In this document: positions 1-8,231 of the stretch, piece by piece
How positions within the stretch are numbered: position 1 is the stretch's first letter
Layout of the letters: each line of letters opens with the position of its first letter
Source of the DNA: a virus
Lineage: Duplodnaviria; Heunggongvirae; Uroviricota; Caudoviricetes
IMG/VR virus record: IMGVR_UViG_2874915312_000003
Span: 1 to 14,407 of that record
Direction: 5' to 3' (one strand)
Length of the DNA stretch: 14,407 nucleotides
The notes under the pieces: model-generated
Seen by the model: the letters and a program-made list of their open reading frames with translations, nothing else
The model's database searches: none
Told to the model about the DNA's origin: nothing
Program-made: the position numbers and the translations under genes

Positions 1-200
1 CACAACATCCGAGGACAGCATCGTCCGCCAGCCTACAGAAGTCCGGAAAGCCATGGAAGGTCGTTGGGAGGAGGTACGAATTCTATCATGCAAAAAATAC
101 GTAAAATCGATAACGCCTAGAAATCATTCAATACTCGCACTATCGAAAGTTTACCAGCCAACCGCGGCACGTTCCTGCATACGACGTGCCGCAGCTTCTG

Positions 201-764
201 TTATTCCACGATAAAATTCCTAACCGAATTCAAATCCTTCAGACTATTCAGCTCTTCCTTCAGCTCCCGCTGACGGCGATAAATCTCATCGTTGCGATCG
301 ACCTGCGCCTGCACCATTGCTGCCGCCAGTTCTTCCAGTTCCGGCATCGACAGTTTCACCTGCTGATTATCGGCATCGCTCCACGCCATATGTGTTTGTG
401 CTGTGACAGATTTTGCCAGCATGACTACCGGGGACAGGCGGCCCAGTGAGTCGGGGCCAGCATTCCAGATACGACCGTTCCATTCAAACGTGAACGGCTT
501 CGCCTCCTGTTCTGTGCGCCATGCTTCAATTCCCTGACGTCTGGCCTCTCTGGCCGCTTCCAGCATTTCTGGTGTCACAGTGAATGGGGCTATCTCACCC
601 CATTTGCCGCTTTGCAGTTCCTGCCAGATTTGCTGACCCGTCGGAGCGACATCATCAGCGGTGGCTGTGTAGGGGACTGCCTGGTCCCTGTCGTCAAAAA
701 AAACGTCACAGTCTACTGCGCCACTTTCGGTATAACGGGGATTAATGATTTTTTTAATTTCCAC
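201..764 (-). CDS. Putative tail fibre assembly/chaperone-like protein (second tfa-like gene, directly 3' of stf)
   Basis: ORF 201..824 minus overlaps the stf stop by 50 nt. An in-frame GTG at 764 preceded by GAGGAA (6-nt spacer) is the likelier start. Assignment rests mainly on position after a tail fibre gene. Confidence 0.4.
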   Translation of the reverse strand: MEIKKIINPRYTESGAVDCDVFFDDRDQAVPYTATADDVAPTGQQIWQELQSGKWGEIAPFTVTPEMLEAAREARRQGIEAWRTEQEAKPFTFEWNGRIWNAGPDSLGRLSPVVMLAKSVTAQTHMAWSDADNQQVKLSMPELEELAAAMVQAQVDRNDEIYRRQRELKEELNSLKDLNSVRNFIVE

Positions 765-774
765 GGTGCATTCC

Positions 775-2043
775 TCACGATGTGCGAATAAAAAGCCCGG
801 GCATTGCGCCAGAGACATGAGCATCCGGCACCCCGGACAGGGCGCAATATGACCCTGGTAATGAATGCTCTGAACATCCCGTAATGAAAAATTGTGGGGA
901 TGCTATATACGTTCCGGTGGGAGTACTGGGCACTGAAATCCCCACCGGTCCCAGTCGTGAGCCTCTGTATGACTGCCCCCTGACAAGTCTGATGACTTTA
1001 TCACCGTCAGCTTCTCCCTGGTACGCAGCAATAATCAGCCCGCCAATGTCAGGGTCTCCCCATCTGTTGCGGACAGAGCTCGCCACGATTCTGTAAATAA
1101 TATCTTCTGTGGTTATATTTATTTTCACCCAGCCAGTCAGTCTGGATATGGGCCAATAGCAGTAGCGGGTGTGATAAATGGGGCCGTTAATGCCGTAAAA
1201 AGTAAGGGATTTGGCTCTGTACCGCGGTTCTGTTGTCTCAGGGCGTGCATCAGTCCACCGGATGCTGAGCACCCCTTCAAACCGTGTGTCGGGTATGATG
1301 ATGCCGTAGGGGCCAGCAACGGAATATTCACCTGGCAGCGCATTCCTTACCCAGGCCAGGAAATCACTCTTAGTGTCAAAACGGATAACATCTTCAGGCA
1401 GAAAAGCACACCCAAAGCCGAATGCGCCGGGTATCGCCAGACGGCCTTTTGTCCGGTCGTAAATGTCGCTCTGTGCTTCCATCGTGGCCGCACTTTTCAG
1501 CCCCAGATTATCCCGGGACTTCTGTTGTGCCTTTTCGCCTGCTGCTGCGATTTCAGACAGATGGTTAGCCGTTTTCAGGGTGCCGGTCAGCGCAGCATCA
1601 ATGTCATTTTTGGCCTGTTCTGCTGCGCGGGCATAACCTGCGGCTGCCGCCACATCCTGCGCCGTCTGCTGTGCGTTTCCGGCTGCGGCCCCGGCGCTCT
1701 GCTGCGCCTGCGCCACCATTTCCTCAAAGCGTTTGACGACATCCGGTTTCAGGTCGCCCTCATCAGGAGCAATCAGAAAGTCATTCAGCGTGCCGGGCTT
1801 TGAGTCCTCATATACAGCAATGTCGCCAACGTTGTACTCGTTGCGCCAGTCCTGTTTCAGATACACACCATATTTTCCAGTCCGCGCATGGAAACAGTAT
1901 TCACCATCGTTTCCTGTCATCACATCAGCAACAGTGTTCATCACCACTTCCGGGGTGTTTACCCGGGATTTCAGAATAATATGGTATCCGGACATGGGGA
2001 TACCTGCGCCATCAGTCAGCGCACCTGATATCACTACAGACAT
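775..2043 (-). CDS. stf: Side tail fibre protein, lambda Stf-like N-terminal domain
   Basis: 422-aa ORF. N-terminus MSVVISGALTDGAGIP...IAVYEDSKPGTLNDFL follows the lambda Stf N-terminal pattern (MAVKISGVLKDG...ITVYEDSQPGTLNDFL) as remembered. Followed by a tfa-like gene. Confidence 0.7.
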   Translation of the reverse strand: MSVVISGALTDGAGIPMSGYHIILKSRVNTPEVVMNTVADVMTGNDGEYCFHARTGKYGVYLKQDWRNEYNVGDIAVYEDSKPGTLNDFLIAPDEGDLKPDVVKRFEEMVAQAQQSAGAAAGNAQQTAQDVAAAAGYARAAEQAKNDIDAALTGTLKTANHLSEIAAAGEKAQQKSRDNLGLKSAATMEAQSDIYDRTKGRLAIPGAFGFGCAFLPEDVIRFDTKSDFLAWVRNALPGEYSVAGPYGIIIPDTRFEGVLSIRWTDARPETTEPRYRAKSLTFYGINGPIYHTRYCYWPISRLTGWVKINITTEDIIYRIVASSVRNRWGDPDIGGLIIAAYQGEADGDKVIRLVRGQSYRGSRLGPVGISVPSTPTGTYIASPQFFITGCSEHSLPGSYCALSGVPDAHVSGAMPGLFIRTS

Positions 2044-2066
2044 TGTTTTTCTCGCGATAAATTAAA

Positions 2067-2612
2067 TCAGGAAGAACCTTCCGGAGAGGCGGGCCATTCA
2101 ATGGCGTTGTATGAGGATTTATCAGTGATGGTGCTGAAATCCATCGCCTGCAGCGATTTCGCGTAAATACGACAGGCTTTCAGCTTTTCTTTATCTTCGT
2201 CGCTGATTAACCCCAGCAGCAGGTCTTCTTCCCATTCCCCTGTCCGGGCACTGACCTGAGCCAGAAGGGCATCACGCTCATCTTCCGCTTTGAGTCTGTA
2301 GTCAAAGACAAATTCATCATTGCGGTAAAACCAGTAACCCGGCGCGGTAATCCGTCGGTTAGCGGTAATATCAGGAACTTCAATAACACTGGCATTGCGT
2401 GGCTCGATGCCTGTCACATCCTTACCGACCCACACCACGCGACCATCTCCGGTGTAAGCTATTTTTATTGTGTCGCTGGCGAAATTCTTCAGCTCTTCAT
2501 ACCAGTTTTTTCCGTCTTCTGAAAAAAGCCAGGTGACCGAATATCGTTTTGTCATCTGATATTGTTCTGCTGTTTTCGGATTACCCGCAGTAATATTTTT
2601 TAAATGCAACAT
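2067..2612 (-). CDS. tfa: Tail fibre assembly protein Tfa
   Basis: 181-aa ORF. N-terminus MLHLKNITAGNPKTAEQYQMTK...WLFSEDGKNWYEE and C-terminal ...IEWP match E. coli prophage TfaQ/TfaR/lambda Tfa as remembered. ATG lies 2 nt after the stop of the upstream fibre fragment. Confidence 0.75.
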   Translation of the reverse strand: MLHLKNITAGNPKTAEQYQMTKRYSVTWLFSEDGKNWYEELKNFASDTIKIAYTGDGRVVWVGKDVTGIEPRNASVIEVPDITANRRITAPGYWFYRNDEFVFDYRLKAEDERDALLAQVSARTGEWEEDLLLGLISDEDKEKLKACRIYAKSLQAMDFSTITDKSSYNAIEWPASPEGSS

Positions 2613-2614
2613 TG

Positions 2615-3265
2615 TTAAATACTCGCTACGTTATACCAGGTGCCATTAATCAGTTTTTGCAGTGGTCGGTAATACACACCGTCAACGTTATCCGCTGAGT
2701 TACGGCCGGGGCTGTAATACATTTCATGGCCATACCGTACATCCTGTACCCCCTCTGTTCGATATTTATAGCGGGCATCGAAGTTTCCGTAATTTAACGG
2801 AATTACCTGTCCGTTAACAGTGAACACTATGCTGTTATCCGGGTTTCTCTGGCTGAAAAAATGCCAGCCTGAATCATCGCCAAGCTCTGCAACAACAGGC
2901 CTGGATGGATTACCCCACAAATAAAACGCTGCATTTTTCGTGGAGTTGTTGGCGCTGGATAACGTGAATTTTCTGACAGTTCCGGCCTGAATATTCTTAA
3001 AAGCAATAGCCACTCCATTCTGAAAGCGGAATACACGCTGACTATTAGCATAAACATCCAGAATACCGTCTCCATTCTGTTTAAATCCGGTGTCATTATC
3101 ACCAAGAACAATTGAATTCCCCCCCAGGGCGTTCTGAACGCCGATACCCAGCGCACCATTGACCTGCGAACCACCGCCAACAGACACTTTATGCGACATG
3201 GATATTTCACCCGTCCGCAAATTAATGGTGAACGGGCGCAGGGGACCAATATCGCCATTATTCAC
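2615..3265 (-). pseudogene. Tail fibre C-terminal (receptor-binding) domain remnant; 5' portion missing
   Basis: 216-codon ORF with Gly-rich tip-like sequence (HKVSVGGGSQVNGALGIGV...), immediately followed by tfa. Begins with GTG overlapping the holin stop and has no fibre N-terminal domain. First in-frame ATG is at 3199. Confidence 0.45.
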
Positions 3266-3473
3266 CTCTCGCAGCCTTACGCTTATCTTCTCTTATTTTG
3301 AAATACAGATTCGTCAGATAAGTCAGAAGCCCCAGAAGCAGACTTCCCAGCACACCAATCGCAGCCCACTGTGATGGACTGACCTGATCCAACCACTGCA
3401 AAAACCAGTAGCCGGCACTGCCGGCGGCGGTGCCGTAGGCAATGCCCGTTGAAATTTTGTCCATGGATTTCAT
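3258..3473 (-). CDS. Holin, lambdoid prophage EssD/EssQ type (71 aa)
   Basis: MKSMDK...[32 protein letters not shown] closely matches K-12 prophage holin EssD as remembered. SD GGAGGTGA sits upstream of the ATG. Hydrophobic core with a charged C-tail. Confidence 0.7.
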   Translation of the reverse strand: MKSMDKISTGIAYGTAAGSAGYWFLQWLDQVSPSQWAAIGVLGSLLLGLLTYLTNLYFKIREDKRKAARGE

Positions 3474-3633
3474 AGCCTCACCTCCGCAAATAACGGATGG
3501 CGTAGTTTTACACTGAGAAATGAAAGGGATTTGAAAAGAAAAAAACGCAAAAGCGGGCGAAACGATATATACAGTAAGGAAAGCACTCTATCCAACAAAC
3601 CACCCACAGTTAATCGGAATAAAAGCAGAGTGC

Positions 3634-3706
3634 TTATGAATGATCGCACGCCCGAAGGTTAGTATTTCTGCACAGCAATTTTGCAAAAAAAGGCGATCAT
3701 TCATAA
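3634..3706. repeat. Perfect 14-bp inverted repeat, TTATGAATGATCGC (3634-3647) / GCGATCATTCATAA (3693-3706), 45-nt spacer
   Basis: Read directly from sequence, in the tRNA-holin intergenic region. Confidence 0.8.
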
Positions 3707-3713
3707 CTTAAAC

Positions 3714-3759
3714 GTCTTTCAGTCACTCCGGGATTTCCCATCATCGCAGACTGAAAGAC
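3714..3759. repeat. Perfect 11-bp inverted repeat, GTCTTTCAGTC (3714-3724) / GACTGAAAGAC (3749-3759), 24-nt spacer
   Basis: Read directly from sequence, 7 nt beyond the 3' end of tRNA-Gly on the transcribed strand. Confidence 0.8.
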
Positions 3760-3765
3760 TCTGAC

Positions 3766-3840
<75 letters not shown>

Positions 3841-3843
3841 ATA

Positions 3844-3919
<76 letters not shown>

Positions 3920-3921
3920 GC

Positions 3922-3998
3922 TGGCCCACCACCGAGGACTCGAACCTCGCACCGTCAACTTAGAAGGTTGATGCTCTATCCGGATGAGCTAGTGGTGG
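3922..3998 (-). tRNA. tRNA-Arg (anticodon UCU, reads AGA)
   Basis: Reverse complement CCACCACTAGCTCATCCGGATAGAGCATCAACCTTCTAAGTTGACGGTGCGAGGTTCGAGTCCTCGGTGGTGGGCCA. Perfect 7-bp acceptor stem, anticodon loop CTTCTAA, T-loop TTCGAGT. Confidence 0.75.
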
Positions 3999-3999
3999 T

Positions 4000-4076
4000 T
4001 GGTGGCCCTTGCTGGACTTGAACCAGCGACCTGGCGATTATGAGTCGCTCGCTCTGACCAACTGAGCTAAAGGGCC
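4000..4076 (-). tRNA. tRNA with CAU anticodon, ileX/ileY-like (Ile2/lysidine type more likely than Met)
   Basis: Reverse complement GGCCCTTTAGCTCAGTTGGTCAGAGCGAGCGACTCATAATCGCCAGGTCGCTGGTTCAAGTCCAGCAAGGGCCACCA. Resembles E. coli tRNA-Ile2 as remembered. Ile versus Met identity cannot be settled by eye. Confidence 0.7.
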
Positions 4077-4085
4077 GGAGGCAGA

Positions 4086-4114
4086 ATAATAACCATATGT
4101 CATCACATCTGCAA
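4086..4114 (-). promoter_or_regulatory. Candidate sigma70 promoter for the tRNA cluster (-35 TTGCAG, 17-bp spacer, -10 TATTAT)
   Basis: Minus-strand hexamers at 4114..4109 and 4091..4086. The -10 ends about 10 nt upstream of the tRNA 5' end at 4076. Confidence 0.35.
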
Positions 4115-4160
4115 ACTCATCTGACCACCAGCGCGTTTAACGCCCTGTGCCATTTTTCAG

Positions 4161-4188
4161 GCACAAAAAAACCCGCATAAAGCGGGTT
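4161..4188 (-). terminator. Rho-independent terminator (minus strand)
   Basis: Minus strand reads AACCCGC-TTTAT-GCGGGTT followed by TTTTTTTGTG. Lies about 100 nt downstream of the antirepressor stop. Confidence 0.55.
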
Positions 4189-4284
4189 CTTTCAAGTGTC
4201 CATGTCTGCTATTCGCCTCGCGATACAGCTTTGCGGAGCTTACCGGAATTGAAGCAGTTTATGTGCAAAAATGCAAGAACTTTT

Positions 4285-4794
4285 TTAAAGCTGCATCAAC
4301 CTTTCCACCAGTTTATCTCTGCGAACAACAAACCAACCATTGGCTCTCGCCAGTTCCAGCCATGACTCAAGGGAAATAACAATATCATCATCCCGTAACT
4401 GAATTGTGGAAACAGTGACACCGCCTCTCTGATAACAGAGAACTCGCGTGTCGTAACTTTTCTGGCATGAAACTGGCGTTGACGGATCCTTTTGACTGAA
4501 ATAGCAGTCTTCCAGTTTTTCGAACACATCCCACGCCTGATCGGTTTCGAGCATTTTGGCGTGGCGTGCTGCGCCTCGTTCTGTCCAGAGGATGAGGGAG
4601 CGGGCTTTGGGTGAAACTGGATTTTGTGAGTAGTTTAAAGCGACCCGCAATTCTTTAAGGTCATTACCAACAACTTTGAAAAAGTGTTTCCCTTCAACGA
4701 AGCGTACTTTGTTCTCATGATGATTCTGGCGAATACGCACCGGCTCAGTGCCGTAAAGCTGCGCCAAAAGTTCGGTGGTAATAACAGGAATCTG
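4285..4794 (-). pseudogene. ORF6N-domain phage antirepressor-like protein, 3' part (interrupted by IS600)
   Basis: Translation ...IPVITTELLAQLYGTEPVRIRQNHHENKVRFVEGKHFFKVVGNDLKELR...SPKARSLILWTERGAARHAKMLETDQAWDVFEKLEDCYF matches the ORF6N consensus as remembered. The first 47 codons of track ORF 4285..4932 are read out of IS600 and are artefactual. Confidence 0.65.
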
Positions 4795-4837
4795 TGAGGT
4801 GTACTGGCAATAGCGGACACTACCATTTGTTCTTTTT

Positions 4838-5656
4838 TTAAGCAGCCATCTGATGATATTTTTCCCTGAAGGCTGCCAGGGAGATATTCCCCAGACGAGA
4901 GTGACGACGCTGACGATTGTAGAAAATCTCAATGTATTCCCGTATTACTGAGATGGCTTCATCCCGGTTATTAAAACGATAGTGGCTCAGGCTCTCATTT
5001 TTCAGCGTTCCCCAGAAGCTTTCCATCGGAGCGTTGTCGTAACAGTTACCTTTACGCGACATTGATGTTTTCAGACCAAACTGCTCCTGTATGACCCGGT
5101 AATCGTATGCGCAGTACTGTGAACCTCGATCAGAGTGGTGGATTAGCCCGGCAGGTGGGCGCTGGCTCCTGAGCGCCATAAACAGGGCTTTACCTGTCAG
5201 CTCTTTTGTCATGCGCTCTCCCATGGCGTAGCCGACAATTTCGCACGTATAAACATCTTTGATGCCAGCGAGGTACAACCATCCCTCCTGTGTGGCAACA
5301 TACGTCAGGTCCGCCACCCAGACCTGATTTGGTGCTGTAGGAGCGAACGTCTGGTTCAGCAGATTTGGCGCAACTGGCAGATTGTGGTTCGGGTTCGTAG
5401 TCGCTCTGAACTTGCGTTTCTGCTTACAGCGTAGCCTTAGCTCCTTACAAAGACGTGCCAGTCGGTCACGACCAACGATGATGCCATTCTCTGCCAGCTC
5501 CGTCTGGAGCCGCCGGGTTCCATATGTTTCGCGAGTGCGGATATGTGCCACCTTAATCTCCAGTTTTAGCCGCTCATCACTTTGTTTTCTGTCTGAGGGT
5601 TCATGCTGTACCCAGTTGTAATAACCGCTCCTGGATACACCAAATACCTGACACAT
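4838..5656 (-). CDS. IS600 orfB (DDE transposase catalytic part, expressed as OrfAB by -1 frameshift)
   Basis: 272-aa ORF with IS3-family integrase-core motifs (WVADLTYV...HSDRGSQY...NAPMESFWGTLK). Confidence 0.8.
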   Translation of the reverse strand: MCQVFGVSRSGYYNWVQHEPSDRKQSDERLKLEIKVAHIRTRETYGTRRLQTELAENGIIVGRDRLARLCKELRLRCKQKRKFRATTNPNHNLPVAPNLLNQTFAPTAPNQVWVADLTYVATQEGWLYLAGIKDVYTCEIVGYAMGERMTKELTGKALFMALRSQRPPAGLIHHSDRGSQYCAYDYRVIQEQFGLKTSMSRKGNCYDNAPMESFWGTLKNESLSHYRFNNRDEAISVIREYIEIFYNRQRRHSRLGNISLAAFREKYHQMAA

Positions 5657-5691
5657 CGCTTCAATGGGAAATTGTTGTCGCCATTGTTCGA

Positions 5692-5994
5692 TTAACGCGT
5701 ATTTTTCAGCGACTCCTGTGCAAAATACGCTGTTGCTTTTTTTAATATATCTCGCTCAAGGCGAGCTTCATTTAACGCCTTACGCAGTTGCAGAATTTCA
5801 GATTCCAGTTCAGCCACCGTGCGGGAACCAGGAGTACCGAGCCCTTTTCTGGCGGCGGTAACCCATTGTCCTAAAGTGCCTTCAGGAAGAGATAATCGGG
5901 AAGCGCCTTCACTGATCGAAAGTTGATTTTCAAGAACCGTTCTGACAGCTTCGGCTTTGAACTCTTTAGAGTAACGTTGGGTTTTTCTGCTCAT
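5692..5994 (-). CDS. IS600 orfA (helix-turn-helix / leucine-zipper transposase N-terminal part)
   Basis: 100-aa ORF starting 64 nt from the IS end, with a coiled-coil ELESEILQLRKALNEARLERDILKKA typical of IS3-family OrfA. Confidence 0.8.
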   Translation of the reverse strand: MSRKTQRYSKEFKAEAVRTVLENQLSISEGASRLSLPEGTLGQWVTAARKGLGTPGSRTVAELESEILQLRKALNEARLERDILKKATAYFAQESLKNTR

Positions 5995-6058
5995 TATTAG
6001 CTCCTTCTGATGCCATTCTATTTCAGGAAGGAGTGTCCGTTAAACTCAGGCTACCTCA

Positions 6059-6109
6059 CTGGTTATGGGTGATCGGGGAGAGAGTTTCAACAGAGATTTG
6101 AGTGGTCAT
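6059..6109 (-). pseudogene. ORF6N antirepressor-like gene, 5' part (MTTQISVETLSPITHNQ)
   Basis: Frame continues exactly across the IS600 insertion once the IS and one CTG copy are removed (...THNQ|IPVITT...). The ATG at 6109 has GGAG 9 nt upstream. Confidence 0.5.
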
Positions 6110-6272
6110 AACGATAACTCCGTACATTTGGAAATTATCGCCACCGACGACGCCAATCGAACTGGTGGCGAACTGTGCAGGGTTGGCGTAACCGGGTACG
6201 GAAACCGGCGAGCCTTTCGGCTCCCCCACACAGCCCGCCATAAATCGCGAATGTGACTGTGCAAACGATATG

Positions 6273-6294
6273 AAAAAAGACGCGGGCGCGTCTC
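6273..6294 (-). terminator. Candidate tR'-like intrinsic terminator
   Basis: Minus strand reads GACGC-GCCC-GCGTC followed by TTTTTT, about 55-75 nt downstream of the candidate late promoter. Confidence 0.4.
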
Positions 6295-6355
6295 ATATCG
6301 CTCCGTAAACATCCGGGACGCCAATCCCGACGCCAGATTTTGCTGGCGCGTGAGG

Positions 6356-6385
6356 AATATAGCCCCGGATAACAGATTGAGTCAA
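6356..6385 (-). promoter_or_regulatory. Candidate late promoter pR' (-35 TTGACT, 18-bp spacer, -10 TATATT)
   Basis: The -35 hexamer at 6385..6380 overlaps the Q stop codon (TGA at 6384..6382). The -10 is at 6361..6356. Lambdoid pR' sits immediately after Q. Confidence 0.5.
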
Positions 6386-6936
6386 CAAACGGTTTTTAGA
6401 TCCCCGGAAGAGAATGCATCACGCATCGGTAGATAGAGCATATATTCAGCAAGATTTAGCCATACATCTACCCGACTGCAGCACGTCCGGAAACACCACT
6501 CAGGGTGTGCGTCATTCAGCAATTCAGCCATTTTACGCTTAGTCATCCCCCGCCCTTCATACCGTTGCCGGAGGACACTAATCAATCCAGGATGCTCTGC
6601 CAGCACCTCACTTATGACTCTATCAATACATAACGCCTCTGCATCAGTACAATGCGCCAGCCAGGTCTTTTGCTTGCCATTGATCATCTCTCGCAAAAAC
6701 GCTTCCAGCTCAGGTTTCTCTATTCCCGCTTTTTTCATCCTGCGCAGGGCTTCATTGACGGCTGTTTTCGTCAATTTTTTGGATGCCAGCAACTGGTTAA
6801 ACATATTTCCCGCCTTACCGCCGCCAATATACGACCAGCGCCCCCACATGCGCAGTTTTCCCTGAATCCAGACACTTTCCAGCGTGGTGAGACGAAGGTG
6901 TTCCCCGCTTTTGCCTGTATTTGTTGGGTAAATCAT
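6382..6936 (-). CDS. Late-gene antitermination protein Q (Phage_antitermQ-like)
   Basis: Start taken at the internal ATG 6936 (MIYPTNTGKSGEH...), which has SD AAGGAAGG and overlaps the upstream stop as ATGA. Motif LRMWGRWSYIGGG resembles the W-G-x-W segment of Q21/QuuD-type proteins as remembered. Candidate pR'/tR' lie immediately downstream. Confidence 0.6.
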   Translation of the reverse strand: MIYPTNTGKSGEHLRLTTLESVWIQGKLRMWGRWSYIGGGKAGNMFNQLLASKKLTKTAVNEALRRMKKAGIEKPELEAFLREMINGKQKTWLAHCTDAEALCIDRVISEVLAEHPGLISVLRQRYEGRGMTKRKMAELLNDAHPEWCFRTCCSRVDVWLNLAEYMLYLPMRDAFSSGDLKTVC

Positions 6937-7223
6937 AAATAACCTTCCTTTCTCCAGATTTCTTGTGTGCGAAAAACACCTTCTGCATGCATCAGGCGTA
7001 ATTCTTCTTTGGTGTAATCGCTGGTTTTTACCCGCCCGTCGATTAAATCGTGGCATGAGCTACAGGCAATCGCTGCCTGCATATCGTGTGGTTTTGTCGC
7101 TGTTCCGCACGTCCCCGCCAGCCTGTAATGCGCCAGCACAGAAGTTTCGGGATTGTGATTGCAGTAGCCAGGGATTCTGACGGTGCACATCTGCCCCCGC
7201 GCCGCTTTACGTAAATCCACCAT
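6933..7223 (-). CDS. Cys-rich nin-region protein (YbcO/DUF1364-like)
   Basis: 96-aa ORF with spaced Cys/His residues (CTVRIPGYCNH...CGTATKPHD...CSSCHD). Start overlaps the upstream stop (TAATG). Family name is from memory. Confidence 0.45.
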   Translation of the reverse strand: MVDLRKAARGQMCTVRIPGYCNHNPETSVLAHYRLAGTCGTATKPHDMQAAIACSSCHDLIDGRVKTSDYTKEELRLMHAEGVFRTQEIWRKEGYL

Positions 7224-7822
7224 TACGCAAACTCCAGTAACTGCGCGGCCACATTTTCGACTTCCTCCGGAGAGGAAAATTTACGGAACAGGATCCAGTT
7301 CCACAGCACATTCAGTACAGATTTATAAACCTGCTGAAACTCGGTTTCGTCCATGTTCGCAAATGCGATAGATTTTGCCCTGCGCCCACGACTACCATCA
7401 GGATAAATATGCTCGGTGTAAAATCCGGCCTGAATGGTTACCCACTCGCGGAAAGCGTCAAACGACTTTAGCAATGCCGTATCCCGGGTTCTGCATGTCG
7501 CAACTGTATTAAGGTATTGCTCTGCGGCATCACTCAGGGCTGGAGTGTGTTCCCGACCTACTGATTCGCACAGGTAATCAACGAAGCCTGATACCAGTTT
7601 TCGTTCGCGAGGCGTGATCGCCCCACCGACCGGAGTCCAGTAATCAAATCCCAGTTGCAGGAGTTTGAAAAAACGCTTGTGGAATGCGTAGTTACGCACA
7701 CGCTTAAAGTCTGCGTGTATCCACTCACCTATTTTGATTTGATGCAAAAAATCGCAACTCTCCGGCGTCGCCGGGAGAAGTAATCCGGAAGAGGTTTGTT
7801 TGACCAGTTGTATATGCGCCAT
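7223..7822 (-). CDS. Lambdoid nin-region protein (DUF1367-like), unknown function
   Basis: 199-aa ORF, translationally coupled to the next gene, located between the Rem-like gene and Q. Confidence 0.45.
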   Translation of the reverse strand: MAHIQLVKQTSSGLLLPATPESCDFLHQIKIGEWIHADFKRVRNYAFHKRFFKLLQLGFDYWTPVGGAITPRERKLVSGFVDYLCESVGREHTPALSDAAEQYLNTVATCRTRDTALLKSFDAFREWVTIQAGFYTEHIYPDGSRGRRAKSIAFANMDETEFQQVYKSVLNVLWNWILFRKFSSPEEVENVAAQLLEFA

Positions 7823-7955
7823 CGTAGTTCTCCGCTGGCGCAGTAGAATGGGTGTTCAGCCCGTTATGTAGTATACCAGAATTAATGCCAATACTAACAG
7901 GGTAATGCTGCCAACTTACTGATTTAGTGTATGATGGTGATTTTAAGGTGCTTGC

Positions 7956-8231
7956 GTGGCTTCCATTTCCATCAGATGTCCTTCCTGCTCCGCTACTGAA
8001 GGCGTGGTGCGTAACGGCAAAAGCACTGCCGGGCATCAGCGCTATCTCTGCTCTCATTGCCGTAAAACATGGCAACTACAGTTCACTTACACCGCCTCTC
8101 AGCCCGGTACGCACCAGAAAATCATTGATATGGCCATGAATGGCGTCGGATGTCGCGCCAGTGCACGCATTATGGGCGTTGGCCTCAACACGGTTTTACG
8201 TCACTTAAAAAACTCAGGCCGCAGTCGGTAA
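7956..8231 (+). CDS. insA: IS1 InsA
   Basis: [40 protein letters not shown]..., 91 aa. Confidence 0.9.
   Translation: MASISIRCPSCSATEGVVRNGKSTAGHQRYLCSHCRKTWQLQFTYTASQPGTHQKIIDMAMNGVGCRASARIMGVGLNTVLRHLKNSGRSR

Larger units (their letters stand above)
4795..6058 (-). mobile_element. IS600 (IS3 family), complete, 1264 bp
   Basis: Imperfect terminal inverted repeats TGAGGTGTACTGGCAATAGCGGACACTACC (4795-) and TGAGGTAGCCTGAGTTTAACGGACACTCC (reverse complement at 6058). orfA and orfB in IS3-family arrangement. 3-bp direct repeat CTG at 4792-4794 and 6059-6061. Length matches IS600. Confidence 0.8.

Noticed and set aside
884-2065. Plus-strand ORFs 884..1096, 1171..1803 and 1733..2065
   Set aside because: Entirely antisense to the well-supported stf gene, with Cys/Arg-rich low-complexity translations typical of shadow ORFs.
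201-3265. Invertible host-range (pin/gin-type) segment
   Set aside because: Both fibre/tfa pairs are on the same strand, and no invertase gene or inverted crossover repeats occur in the window.
4635-4932. ORF 4635..4826 ([13 protein letters not shown]...) and the N-terminal 47 codons of ORF 4285..4932
   Set aside because: Both start inside the IS600 terminal inverted repeat and read across the insertion junction, so they are chimeric artefacts. The same [10 protein letters not shown] codons reappear at 14378-14407 for the same reason.
6056-6324. Overlapping small ORFs 6106..6324 (-) and 6065..6256 (+), and the long form of ORF 6056..6241
   Set aside because: They overlap the candidate pR'/tR' module or read antisense to the antirepressor 5' end. 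No ribosome binding sites. Only the short in-frame 5' piece of the antirepressor (from ATG 6109) is retained.
6933-7056. Long form of Q starting at 7056 (MPRFNRRAGKNQ...)
   Set aside because: It would overlap the upstream gene by 124 nt in another frame. The internal ATG at 6936 has a strong SD and ATGA coupling.
7725-8075. ORFs beginning [14 protein letters not shown]... on the minus strand (also 8588..8872 and 11935..12309)
   Set aside because: They lie antisense inside the IS1 left ends and recur once per IS1 copy. They are reading-frame artefacts of the element, not host or phage genes.
7927-8139. 70-aa plus-strand ORFs [14 protein letters not shown]... (also 8724..8936 and 12161..12373)
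   Set aside because: Alternative frame overlapping insA in each IS1 copy. The real products are InsA and the InsAB' frameshift fusion.
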